Origin: Harriotta raleighana | Lineage: Eukaryota | Length of the DNA: 64,000 bases | Direction of reading: 5' to 3' | NCBI GenBank assembly: GCA_050575255.1 | Contig: JBNZDD010013632.1 | Span: 2,054,480 to 2,118,479, forward strand | Program-made: the position numbers and the translations under genes | Shown here: positions 26,709 to 39,459 of the stretch, piece after piece | Numbering within the stretch: position 1 is the stretch's first letter | Layout: each line of letters begins with the position of its first letter | The notes under the pieces: generated by a model | What the model was told of the DNA's origin: nothing | The model's database searches: none | What the model saw: only the letters and a program-made list of their open reading frames with translations

Positions 26709-27478
26709 TTCCTCCTTTTTTTGTAGGAACACCAAATCAGCTTTAATGTATGGGTGTAGAAATTGGGAGCTGGCAATTTAACTGAGGCGGAACCTTCAAG
26801 GGAGAGGTGCCCTTGTCCTTGTCCATTTATTGGCATCTGTGTGGAATGTAAAGGAAACCCTAAAGGCATGAAGCTGATGACAGGTTTATATGGAGCACGA
26901 ATGTCTCTTTGCATTTTTAAATTATTTCTGTCACTATGAACCCATAAACTACTCCTAGCACTGTGGTGTTCTTGTCCAGCTATTTTATGGCTGGGTATTG
27001 CTTTTGTAGGTTTCAAAGGAGCTGAAATCTGCTCATACACCTAGATTGTATATATTTAACGTTCTGCGTGGTTTGAATTTTCAGACCTGATTTTTCTCGT
27101 GGAAATCATGGGAAGTGTGCTGTTTTGGGGGATATTGGCCATCGTTCAAAGGCGTGTGTGTTTTAATAATAATACTGTAATATAGTAAAACCTTGTTTAT
27201 CTGGCACCCACGGGACCTGGCAAATGGCGGTTAAATGGTTTTCTGGTTAAACGGATAAAAAAAAAATTGTAATTAATAAAACAAATGTAAAATTATTTTA
27301 ACACAGTATTAACAGATTACCAGCTCCCACCCTGTGCAAACACAGGAAGCTGTCGTCTGTACGCCGCTAACCCTCAGCGAGGGGAAGGCACGGTCAATTA
27401 CTGTGAAGCCTTCTTGCAAGGTATTTGAATTGATTGAATACCCTGGACTTGCAGAGAGAGAGTGAGAGCACACACATA

Positions 27479-28347
27479 CAGGCAGTCCTCAAGTTACGTC
27501 AGGGTTAGGTTCCTAAGATGTGGTGTAAGTTGAATTTGTATGTAAGTCGAGTCACCCCCCTATAATGCTTACAGTAACATACAGTGATTGGTTGTAGTGT
27601 ATAGTGGGCTGCCCTCTCTCCCTTGCACCCCTCCTAATATGTACTGTACTGTAAATAAAATAAAATATTACTATACTTACATGGCTTCATTGGGAGTCTG
27701 GCACTCGATGTAGCGCAACACAGGAGATCACACGCGATGTAGTGCAACGCAGATCACATGCGACATAGCGCAACGCAGGAGATCACATGCGACGTGGCGC
27801 AACACAGATCACACGTGACGTAGCGCAGTCTAAAGGCTGGAGAGTACTGTCCCGCCGAGCTCACAGACTCACATAGTACCTGTACAGTACACACTCGCGT
27901 CTCGCCTCCATCCTGTTCCTGTCCTGAACGCGTATTGTGGTCCCGTAAGTGTTGAGAGCGGCGACTCCAGTTTTCTATTGCGTGTGGGGCAACTAAAGTA
28001 TTTACATAGTAGTGTCGTAACTTCGAGACTTTGGATGTACCTTGGACTTAATTTTACTGATATTAAGCGTCGTAAATTATCCAGCAGACTAGTAAAGAAC
28101 ATTTAATGAATGGATTGTCACACGTGAGTACTGATGCAGTTATATCGGCGGCCGCTAGTTGAGCCTAAAGTTGCGCTACTGCGCTATCACAGATAAACAA
28201 GGTTTTACTGTAATAATCCTTGCATTTGATTTAGCCGGCACAGACTAGATGGGCCGAATGGCCTCCTTTTGTGCCGTAAAATTCTATGAATCTATGAATA
28301 AATTCGAATTGTCGTACCTCGGAACGTCGTAACTAGAGGACTGCCTA
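27479..28347 (+). mobile_element. MITE family B copy 2, carrying a complex insertion of about 220 bp
   Basis: TA|caggcagtcctcaagttacg ... cgtaactagaggactgccta|TA; colinear with 601-1257 except for 28079-28304. Confidence 0.92.
28233..28298 (+). mobile_element. CR1-type LINE extreme 3' end with octamer tail
   Basis: gcacagactagatgggccgaatggcctccttttgtgccgtaaaattctatgaatctatgaa: the conserved CR1 3' stem-loop (gatgggccgaatggcct) plus (TCTATGAA)2. Confidence 0.85.
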
Positions 28348-28739
28348 TACATGTAAATGTTGAACAATACTATATAAATAATAGACTAAATACACTAATA
28401 ACAGATATTATACTAACAGAATATTGTATTAGTGCTTTATAATTTATACTTAACTTCTACAATGGCAGCCAAAGGACAAAAAAAAATCGGGAAAACAGCA
28501 TTTTTAAAAAAAATGGTAGTATCATGAGTTTTGAAAAAATCGTCAGTAGCGCAACTTTAGGCTCAACTAGCGGCCGCCGATATAACTGCATCAGTACTCA
28601 CGTGCGACAATCCATTCATTAAATGTTCTTTACTAGTCTGCTGGATAACTTCCGGTTCATTGAATCGGGACTTTTATTTGAGATAGGGGTTGAACGGGTT
28701 TGCCTGTTCATCAAATCACAGATAAACAAGGTTTTACTG

Positions 28740-28972
28740 TAATAATCCTTGCATTTGATTTTGCGCTTTTTACATCTTATCGATATTACAGAATATACTG
28801 TAAAGTGAATTGACTGTATATTTGTGGGTGAAACACAGCAGCCAATTATGCACAGCAGCATCCCACAAATAGTTGTGGATTGAAGTGACCAATTTTTATT
28901 ATTGTGTTTTATTTGGACAGATTATTATTCGGTATGTGGAGTAAGGAAAGTTGTCCCAAGGTTTCACCTCGA
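28740..28972 (-). mobile_element. tRNA-SINE lacking most of its head
   Basis: taataatccttgcatttgat ... tgtggagtaaggaaagttgtcccaaggtttc. Confidence 0.85.
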
Positions 28973-30695
28973 TCTGCCTGATCTGCCTGTTTCAGATGGC
29001 TCCGCATCACCTTCAGCATATAGTGTACAGCTGCAGTCTCAGCAATAGTTAGTGAGAAACATATATTACAGGCAACTAAACTTTCAAAGGTTATTTCAGC
29101 AGCTCTTTGATCTCCTGTTTCCGTACCTCCCAAACCCATAACAATCTCTGTTCTGAGAAGCTGAGAAGTCACAGCCAAGCACACAACTATGATTGAGTCT
29201 GCTCTAATGACACTCAAGGACCTTTTGACTTTACCCAGCCTACCCTTTGTCCTGCATCAGGCATGATTGAAGTGCTTTTTGTCATTCCTCCAGGTCTTTC
29301 TCACTTGCAGTCTAACATGTAATTTTAGGATCATTTATTTTCACAATCTCTGCACCTGCTTTTGGTTCAAACAGCAATCAGATTTCTGTCGATTCCAAAA
29401 TAAATTAACAAGGAAGCAAAAATGTCATCACCCTTTCTTGAATCCCTTACTCACCCTGGACCAAAAGATGTACAATTGTGAATAACTTTGCACCTGATTT
29501 CGTGACAGAATGTTAGACCCACACATATCTTGGAAAATTCGTAACCACACTGTACATTAATTATTTCAGCCATATTTTGCAATTTACAATGCACTTTCTA
29601 GTGATTTTGTAATTATCTTTTGGGGAACAAAATGGGATAATTATTTTTGAAAATAAGGATAGATTAACATTATAATCATTGCTATGTAAGAGAATAAGCA
29701 ATTAAAGTATAGAAAGACATAAAGTATTTCACATCTTGGAATTACAGAGTCATTTTTGATGAAGGGCATACCACAATCGACCAGTGAGTAATTGCAATGA
29801 CCTTCCAATGATTTTTTCCAATCTTTGGAAAACATCAGTGAGGAGAAGACAAAGGTAGGGATTATGAATTGAAATTTAATGCATTTAACCTTGAAAACAT
29901 CAACACAAATACAGACTTACATTAATATTACCTTCTTTAATAATGTTGAATGAAAAACCCTCTGAATTGCACATCTAAATTGAATTTGAAATTTGAACCA
30001 GAGGAGCACACAGCAGATATCATTATCCAAAGGCAGATCACCTTTGAAGTGATATTTTTTTGAAAGTTGGAAGCAAATCCAAATGCCACTTATCATCTAC
30101 TGTGTACGATTTTTATTTATTACCTTAAAGCCAGTAGTGATTCCTCTCTGATAGTGAATGCCTCTCCAATTCTAAAACTGTGCTTACGTTTCTTGGGGGA
30201 AAAAATATATGATTTGCAATTTCCAGTTTTCTTTCTTGCAATCTAATATATGAGCTGGCAAGTCAAAATAATATTTATTCAAATCATTTTTCAAACATTT
30301 AGAATGTAATTGTTTTAGCAGCTGCGTGCATTGATGTGTAACAAGGTTGTAAGTTTTGATTTCTCACTGTGCTCTCACATCTTTTAATGCTTGTCTTTCA
30401 GTATTTCGCCCTGCAGTCTTGTAGCTTCAAGATAATTTCTCTTTTTTATTACCAAATTTCCCGATGTAACCAAAGGCACTGGTTTCTGTGGGTATTGGCC
30501 CACAAATCCTAGATGGGATTTGAGGAAGTGGGTGAAGGACTGTAACTGCACAAACTTGTCCACTTCTGTGGGCTGAAATTCCGTTCTGTCTTACGTGTTG
30601 CATGATTGCCATTGTTGTCTGCAGTAGGGTTTTTATATTCTAATCGTCATTGTCAAAGTCCTGGGAGATAACTGCAACTGGAATTTCAGCCCTTT

Positions 30696-30790
30696 CTGAC
30701 GAAGGGTCATGGACCCGAAACGTTGACTCACTCTCCTTTCTCCATGATGCTGCCTGACTTGCTGAGTTTCCCCCAGCAACTTCTGTGTTT
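30696..30790 (+). mobile_element. Penelope-type short repeat starting at a hammerhead core, flanked by a 14-bp direct repeat
   Basis: ctgacgaagggtcatggacccgaaacgttgact...; flanks atttcagccctttc (30683-30696) and attttagccctttc (30791-30804). Confidence 0.75.
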
Positions 30791-32004
30791 ATTTTAGCCC
30801 TTTCATGTCTACATAGGTGCCAACTTTCAGTAGAGATCACTGCATAGTTGCCCAGAACACTCCAATTGCTGCCTTGGATGAGAATAGCAAATTCAGCACA
30901 GACCAGGATTAAATGCTGCAACCTCTGGCTTGTATTGCCGATGCCACACTGGCCATCATTTTTACCCACAAGTCTTGGAATAGGTTCGGATTCTGACCTT
31001 TAATGTGACTTCACTACATTTTCTTCACCCCAATGACCAACCAATATTTAATTATAGGGTGGACTTTATGAGTAACCTAGTGTTGTCTCTGCAACAACCC
31101 AAACTGCAAGTACCCAACCTTGGCTGGACCTTCAGAGGTAGTTGCTGAACAGAGCCATTGACCTACAAAGCTCGCACACAGCTTCTAGCAGTCACTTACA
31201 TACTGCATTGGCAGAGGCCTGGGGCAGATCTCATGTCCAACCTTTCAGGCAGGGAATGATGGATGATAATGGTGTGGAAAGCTGAAGTAAGAGAGGAAAC
31301 AAAAGCATTTATCAGGAAAGGGCGGTTGTTGGGGGTGAAGGCAAACTTACATCAGAATAATTATGTCACAGTACAATTGTGTTTCACAAATGAAAAATTG
31401 AACATTGTTTGATTTTCATTATTTCCTGCGGTACAGTTAAGGTACGTTGTCTCATGAGATTTCACAGCCCATTTTTTTTTGTAAGTGCTTGATGTAATAG
31501 TACTCTATTGTGCCAAACATTGAAACTAACAGCTGGGTAGAATCTAATTTTACTTTTAAACTTGAGTTAAGTTGGCAATCTTGAGAACTGGCAGTGAAAT
31601 GCAAGGAGGGAAGTTCAGTGGTTGCCACGGATCGAACAGAAGTGCTGAAGTTGTGGGAGCGCCGGAGTGGGGGAGAGGTTTTTGACTGTAACTGAACACT
31701 GGACATCAGAGGGAATGTCAATGGGAGGAAGTGAGAATTTTTGACAATGTAATAATTTCACCAGTGATAATCATCACAGAACACTTTGTGGTTCACTGGG
31801 TCTTAAGATGCAGGATGTAATTTTGAGTTATTAATTTGCTGCTCTGTTTAAGTAAATGGGTTATCCATCACAAGACAATCTCCAGGACTCTGCTTCAGCT
31901 TGGCATGGAAAGAAAAACTAACACTTTCAAAGCTCTGGAGGAAGCTGCAAAATGTGCCCTTATTTTGATCAGCAACTGTGGGATACCGATGATATCGACT
32001 TGTC

Positions 32005-32262
32005 TTCATTGGAGCGCCCACCCTTCAGATGAGATGTTAAACCAAACTCTTTTTTACCTGTTCAAGGGATCATTCAAAATCTCATGACACTATAAAACAG
32101 AAGGGCATATTTCCTTGTGGTGTGGCCAACAATTCCCCAGATAAAATTGTTCATTCACTTCATGGCTGTTTGTGGGATTCTGCAATGTGAAAATTGTCTG
32201 TCGTATTTGCCTAGGAAAACATAGTATGATACTGTGCTATTTCAAATGCAAGGAGTACTATT
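32005..32262 (+). mobile_element. Decayed Deu-domain SINE
   Basis: cccttcagatgagatgttaaacc, atctcatgacactat, gtggccaacaattccc and ggctgtttgtgggattctgc occur in Deu-domain order. Confidence 0.6.
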
Positions 32263-34802
32263 TCACGTTTAAAGAAAATGTTCTCCTGTCTGGGGTACAA
32301 CATTGACCCAGCATATCTAAACTATAGGTGGGTAGATGGCAAGCTATAAGTGGGCATAGCTATAGTGGGTAGATGGCAATCCTCCTGTGCCTGTACTAAT
32401 CCAGCTCTGTGGTCACCCATTCTTTGGGATACACATTAAAAGTAACCTGCTTGATTTGCTCTCCAATATTTCCTCTCTTCTTGAAACAAAGGTACTTTTC
32501 TCCCCATCTCGCTCTGTCCCTAGTTGGAGAAATTGTTTTCAGTACTTCAGATCGAAACATCAAAGGGGCTGCAGCTAGTGAATTGCTTTAACATGCAGTG
32601 ACTGTTGTGATCCAGGCTAATAGGTAGTTAGTCTGCACTAGCAAATTTCCATACAGGGATGAATGCCTGAATTGAACAGATTTATTGTGGTTCATTTGGA
32701 AGAGGGTATAACTTTGACTACAAGTTCCTGCTCTTCATCGGATTTGGAAACATCAACATTCACTTGAGCTACTAGGAACATAACAGGTTGCTTGATACAA
32801 GATTATATCAGTAGTAATGGGATATGATGAGATTTTATGACTAAATCATGGAATGTTTGTAGTGTGCGGATGACAAATAATTTTGATTTACTGCAGAAAC
32901 AAACCAATCTAGATCATTACAATTAATTGTAAAGCTTTTTAATCATGTGATCAAACAGACGACCCGTAATTCCATGGCAATTTGATGTGTTAGTGGGTGA
33001 ACGAGTCAACATGACAGTTCGAAAATTTGGATTGAAAATATTAGGGGTGTGAAAGAGCACACAGGAAACTTAGGAAACACCACCATCTAGTGTATGCGTT
33101 TGACTGCTGCAGATGGTGTTTTAAATCCTGCAGACTGCTAATATACCTTTACCCATCTGTGAGATGAGTGCAAAAGGAGAACAGTGCAAAAGTAACTTGC
33201 ATCATGAGGTAAATTGCTACCCTTTCTGTCAGTGATATCAACACGATGCCTTTATCTTACTGGGCTGAAGTGGCATTGGGTTGTAAGAGCCCATTTCTCC
33301 TCAGTGAGAGTCTGTGTCTCCACGGTGAGGGTGCATGGTTGTATAGCACATGGTTCTTCAGTTAGAGCAGATGTCTTCTTTTGAATCTTTGCGCCCTCTG
33401 TTTGTTGCGCCCTGGCCGAGACACAAACAGCAGACAAGAGATCAGTAAAACCTCACGCCCACCACTGTTCTGGATGTTGTTGCGGGGAGATGGACAATAT
33501 CAGTCCTAGTCATAGGTTCCTTCTGCTTTACTGTTAAGTCGCATGATGAGATCAGTAACCAAGAAATGTCGCAGATTATAAAATCTATCTTTTCTTCCAT
33601 TCGGCATGATTTCACGGTGGGAATCGTGAGCGATGTGGAATAAAGAGTGAATGGGTTCCATTAACTTGTGAATTATTTTCTGTTGAAAAGAACCCTTGAG
33701 ATAAAACATACCTTTTTTTGGGAGGTGGTGGGGGTAGGGTGGTGGGAGGGGGATTGAATCCAAACACTTTTAGAATCAAAAATGAGTGGAGGGTGTGGTC
33801 ATGGATTAAGAGCAATGTAGGTACCAATGTTTGCATGTTCAAGGAAATAGCAATGGAAAAAAAAGGATGTGAGATTGAGAGTTTCATCACAGAACTGAAA
33901 AGAAGGATGTTCTTCTTGATCATACAGAATGATCACAATTAACATTAAACTGGAGACATTATTGAAGATCCATAAGAAATTTTAATTTGGAACATGAAAT
34001 CAACTCCAAAAGTTTCATTGAGATATATGTTTCTGTGGGTCCAATATCACACACTGTTTTTGGAGTAAGAATGATAAAAATGGCAAGATATTGCATTTGT
34101 GATTACAGGGATCCCAAATATTCATTGATGTACATAGTGAATGTGTCTCTAAAGAAGTAACTGTCCAGCGTCATGGCGTGAAAGACGTATACAAATGTAA
34201 TTTTGTTGTTATTATGTCTCTGGATTTTTGTGGCTACAAAATACTCCATGATCCTTGATCAATTGCTCTACCTCAGGTACATGAGGATGAAGAAATTTCT
34301 CTGCATCTCTTAGAGGGAATTTGAGGACAGAAATGTATATTTTTGTATGTTAAAAGGTTTGACAGGCTCTATCCTAAATATTTACTTCCTGAGAAATGTT
34401 AGTCAGTTTGTCTTCCAGCCCCACCACCGCATCTGATATGTAAATCAAACAAAATCTGTTTAATTTTATGCCTTAAATTACTCTTTCCTGACTGTCTCCA
34501 ACTGTCATGATGTTTCCAAGATTGCAATAATTTAGGAGGCAGCATTTCATCTCTATCTGTATTTCTCTTCATAGCCTTCAACCTCTCTGTCCAACCAAAT
34601 AGCCACCTCAACTCAGTTTTTAATTCCTCACACACCAACGATTTGTTGATTGTTAATTATTAAAAAGTTGTGCAATTTTATTTGTGAAAAATAATGTCCC
34701 AAGCTCTTCATGGTATAACAGTGGTGGACTGGACACAGCATTGCCAAGGTTGAGAAGAGTGTAAGAGAGGGTTAGATACATTGGGTTGTTATGTTTATGT
34801 CA

Positions 34803-35170
34803 AACTGTGACTCGCTCTGCCTTCTCTCACCTCTTCAACATTGCCCAACTCTACCAATACCTTACCTCTCAGGCTACTGAAACCCTCATTCATGCCTTCA
34901 TTATATCCAGGCTTGACTACACCAACACCCTGCTTGCCAGCTTTCCCAATTCCTCCCTCTATAGGCTGCAGATCATCCAGAACTCTGCAGCCCGAGTCCC
35001 CTACCACTCCAAGCTCCATGACTCCATCTCCCCATTCTCGCCCGACTCCATGGCTTCCTGTTACGCAGAGTATTTAAGTCAAGAGGCCTCCATGGCCTCA
35101 CCCCACCCTACCTCTGTAACTTCCTAATCCCCTACCAACCTGTCCACTCCCTCCGCTCAGCAGACTGATT
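34803..35170 (+). mobile_element. L2 LINE ORF2 C-terminal fragment
   Basis: RSAFSHLFNIAQLYQYLTSQATETLIHAFIISRLDYTNTLLASFPNSSLYRLQIIQNSAARV matches the L2 ORF2 motif HL.NI...ETLIHAF..SRLDY.N.LL...LQ..QN.AAR; frameshifted downstream. Confidence 0.9.
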
Positions 35171-37817
35171 CTCTCGAACTAATTTGATCCTTAGGGACCA
35201 ACTACCAACACTTGGGGAGGTGAACCACTGGTGGCCAACACAAGGAGCAGGCAATTGTTCCAGCCCAGCATTCAACATTTCACTTCATATGCTGCTACCA
35301 CTGGCATCGCAGGCAGTCCCTCTTCACTGTGGGAATTGTTTACTCTCTGAAGGATTTTAAACACTTTGTTTGTTTGCAGCTAATCATGTGCCACTGATTA
35401 TGTGACAAATCAAGGCTTGAAGAGAAACACTAGCATCTTCCTGTGAGAAAATCTATAATATTAAATAGCGGGGGCCTGCAAAGGGCCATTGCAAGAGGTC
35501 GCGCATAATTGCTGTCATTTTCTCGAGATTATGGAGTATTGAAAGCTGGAGTGTGCAGCAGGGAGTTAATGATCCATTCGTAGTGTTTCTGTAACAACTT
35601 TCATTATTTTATATGTTCTCACCACTGACTGCAAGCACAAGACTAGTGATAAACCAGATGACTAGTATAAGATGCCTCTTAGTATTTTAATTGAAAGTAA
35701 GATTCCTCTGGGATTAAAGTTGCTGCAATCTGTCTCAGTGAGATAGAGAATTTATCTACGGTAATAACTATCAAGCATACACCACAAATCCCCACCCCAT
35801 CCTGACTTTTATTTCATTTTTTAAAAAAGCACATTTCCATCATAAAAAATTTTGCGGCACAAAATGAATTTTCCAATTTATTTAGCATCATTTACAACAC
35901 GATAGCTCTTATCTGTTATCTAATTCAACGCTTTCAGTGTTTCGTGCTGTGGATACACCTCAACATTCATCTGTGTTACATAATGCTGCTCTTATTGTAA
36001 GTATGTGATCAACAGATTGATCACTAGTGGTGTGTTCTAAATGGGATGCAGAGTATTCCCAAAAAGTCTTGCAAAATGTGGTGTGGGAATCTGTCTTCTC
36101 TCATCCCGTGAGCTCAGGCTATAGTCAACCTCACATTAACCCCCGGTAATCAAAATATTTGCGGTGTGTTTGAAGAAACACTGTACAATGTGAAATTAGA
36201 CATATTTAATGCATTGCTTGTAGTAAGGGAAATCATACAATATAGAGGGGCAGGTTTACTCGTCCTGTAGGGTTAAATGGAGTGGGGAAGGTAGAACAGA
36301 ATTAATTTGTGCTTCACTCCACTGCAAGACCTCCATAAAATTTGTGTTTATGGAACTCCTCTCACACAGGATAACAACTCAACGTGCTTCACAGAGATGA
36401 GGCTGAGCTGGGAGGTTGTGGGGGTAACAGACAGATGGATGGACCGGGGGTGGGAGGAATGGGGTGCGGATTGTGAGCCTGGAGAAGCTCACAGAGCTAG
36501 AGAGGGATCAGGCTATATGGATGATTTGTAGACTCGCTGCTGCAGCATGTTGGAAATAGTATTATTTAGAATAACCATATTTTCTAAACCATATCCAGGG
36601 ACACATAAAATAAAAATTGAACTCACCACAATTTCTGATGCTGGCAGTACAGCACTGGTAGGGCGAGTTGGATTAATCACTGATATTTCTCTGATGTGTG
36701 TATCTGTTTTAGAATTTTATTGTACTTGCTCAGTTTATTGCTGAACTCAAGACAAGATAAATTTTTCTGGGAACAATATATCTATCTCATCCAGGGACTC
36801 ACCATCCTATATTCTATATTCGAGGATGAAGACCCTACTATGCTGTAACTATGTGGATGGATGCTGGCTGGTAAACAGTGTAAATTTTTGGTACACTCAC
36901 TGCTGTATCAGATAACCAGTTTTCCAGGCCAGATTGTTTGATCAGACAGTGGAGTTGAAAGTACAGTAAAAGCATCTGATCACGCTGTGCACCTGTTTCC
37001 TGTTAAAGTTGAAGCCACGTTTAGGTTTTCACACAGGTGACATCTCTTGACTTTCTGTTGTGCAGCTCCACTAACAATTCTTCATAACTTTAGTGAGGCG
37101 CAACGCGTCTCTGTAGAGATTCTGTGAAGAATTATAACTGACAAGTCCTCAGGACATTGTGGAATATCAACAGGCAGATCCTGCAACAGCGTTGTGTTAT
37201 TCTGACAGAATGTCAGAAGAGGTAGACACATAGAGAATAATGAGTGAGTGAGGATCATTACAATAAAATGTTCTCACTGATTTCGCCTACCTGTATTTTG
37301 TGTACAATAAATACTCGTTTAATAGGAACATATTTAAGAATTGATATTTGGTACAATTTTTAAGGATTATATATGTGGCATTAGAACAGTAGGAGGCCGA
37401 TAAGTAGTGGAGAGTTCAGAATAGCATTGTTTTATCTTGGAATCTACGCCACATATTTCATCTCCTGGGGGAACATCTTGAATAAATATACACTGATGAC
37501 CATTGCTTCAATGTTCAGTCCAAGCCCTAAATTCAGTCAACCAGATATTTTTTTCACACAGATACAATCAAATCATGAGATTGAAGTTAACACACGGGTG
37601 TACTGTAAATATTAGCAAAATTGAAATTCAGGTGTTTAAAACACAATTCAAATATGAGTGATTTAATATATTCCATTCACTTCTGTTCTTCTTCATTGTC
37701 AAGATCTTCCTCTTTCTCTGCACCTTTGGTCATCTTCTCATACACCCGCCTCGGGTGAAAATCCATGACTGCCCAGTGCCCTAGGATATCCTCCCAACAC
37801 AAAATGATGCTGCAGTA

Positions 37818-38222
37818 CAGTAAAACCTCGTTTATCCGGCACCCTCGGGTGGGGTCGACTAACTGGCGGTGCCGGATAAACGGGCGGCAATTTGCCAAAA
37901 ACCCAACATAAAAAATTAACTTATTTTAAAACATACCTTGTTAATAATAGACTAAGTAGTAACAGAATATTGTATGGATACTTACCAATAAAGCATTCCA
38001 GCACACTTGGTAAAAAGAGCAGTAATAAAGGATTTTTTACCGATCAGTAAAAACCCAAGTTCGGAAGTTTAATAAGTGCGCATACGCGCGCATTGCATGC
38101 ATACGCACACATTGTACGCTTGTGCAAAGTGAGCAAATCACGATTGCTGGAATGGGGAATTGCCCCTGGAGGGGGTTCAAGCAATCCGGTTGATCGGGTC
38201 ACTAATAAATGGGGTTTTACTG
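37818..38222 (-). mobile_element. MITE family A, subfamily 2
   Basis: TA|cagtaaaacctcgtttatcc ... taaatggggttttactg|TA; reverse complement of 8526-8929. Confidence 0.9.
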
Positions 38223-38634
38223 TATATCAATTGTTGATGGCAAATTGGAAGGAAGCCAGTTCCTTCTTCTCTCACCCAGATTCTCTTACTCATACTCTGA
38301 GTGTTGCCTCTCTCATGTTCTTTACCCTTCTCCGCCCCTTTGCTTAGGTCCCCACCTGACTGTTCAGCATCTTGGGACGTCCTCCCGACCTGAAAGGCAC
38401 TCTATAAATGTAGTTTTGTTGTTGTTGTTTACATTAGCTGTCTATTTTTCTGAAGAGGCTATATAAGTGATCTCAGTGTCTTCCTAACACTTTCTGTTCC
38501 CATTATAATAATGATGATAATAATAATAATAATAATCCTTGNGTTTACATTAGCTGTCTATTTTTCTGAAGAGGCTGTATAAGTGATCTCAGTGTCTTCC
38601 TGACACATTCTGTTCCCATTATAATAATGATGAT

Positions 38635-38792
38635 AATAATAATAATAATAATCCTTGCACTTAATATGGGGCTCTTCACATTTTATAGAAGTCTCAAAGC
38701 ACTTCACAGAACATACTGTAAAGTGTAGTGGCGATATAATTTGGGCCAAAATGCGCAGTCAGTTGTGCACACAAACAGACATGGATTGAAGT
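38635..38792 (-). mobile_element. tRNA-SINE 3' half with expanded (TAA)n tail
   Basis: aataataataatccttgcac ... catggattgaagtga. Confidence 0.75.
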
Positions 38793-39182
38793 GATGCAGT
38801 GTAAATACAAAATACAGTATATAATAAGCGATGGTACAGCAGAAACGGCATTGAAGGTAGAATCAGTCTGGAACAGGTATATACTGTACTTGATTCAGCA
38901 AATCTAGGATTGCAATAGCTTTTTAATTTTTCTGGCCTGTTTTTTGTGTAAAAAGACTTGTTAAAGAAAATAACTAATTAACTAGATAATNCGGCATTGA
39001 AGGTAGAATCAGTCTGGAACAGGTATATACTATACTTGATTCAGCAAATCTAGGATTGCAATAGCTTTTTAATTTTTGTGTAAAAAGACTTGTTAAAGAA
39101 AATAACTAATTAACTAGATAATGTGGCACATGTATGAACCGCTTACCTTAAGGAAATGGCATCAGTTGAATAGCTTGAAGTT

Positions 39183-39459
39183 GCACTGTAATTCAGTGGT
39201 TAGAGCATTCGCCGAGGGACCTGGGCAAGTTTCCTTACTGCATACACCTGATAATAATCTCTCAAAAAACCCAATAATAAATCGGTCATTTGAATCCATG
39301 ACTGTTTGTGAGACACTGCTGTGTGCAATTGGCTGCCGCATTTGGTTCAAATATATGCAGTCAATTCACTTTACAGTATACTCTGAGAAGCATTTTGAAA
39401 CATCTAGAAGACATGAAAAGTGCTACATCAAATGCAAGAATTATTGTTATTATTATTAT
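39183..39459 (+). mobile_element. tRNA-SINE with internal head deletion
   Basis: tcagtggttagagcattcgcc is joined directly to ctgggcaagtttccttac; normal tail. Confidence 0.85.

Larger units (their letters stand above)
27183..28739 (-). mobile_element. MITE family A copy containing nested MITE B
   Basis: TA|tagtaaaaccttgtttatc ... gataaacaaggttttactg|TA; ends match the reverse complement of the 43112 copy. It sits at the (TAA)n tail of the SINE at 28740-28972. Confidence 0.87.

Noticed and set aside
33252-33660. GC-balanced block with short overlapping ORFs and a gtaaga donor
   Set aside because: No continuous frame, partner exons or known motif.
38427-38658. About 115-bp tandem duplication
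   Set aside because: Separated by an N at 38542; assembly artefact.
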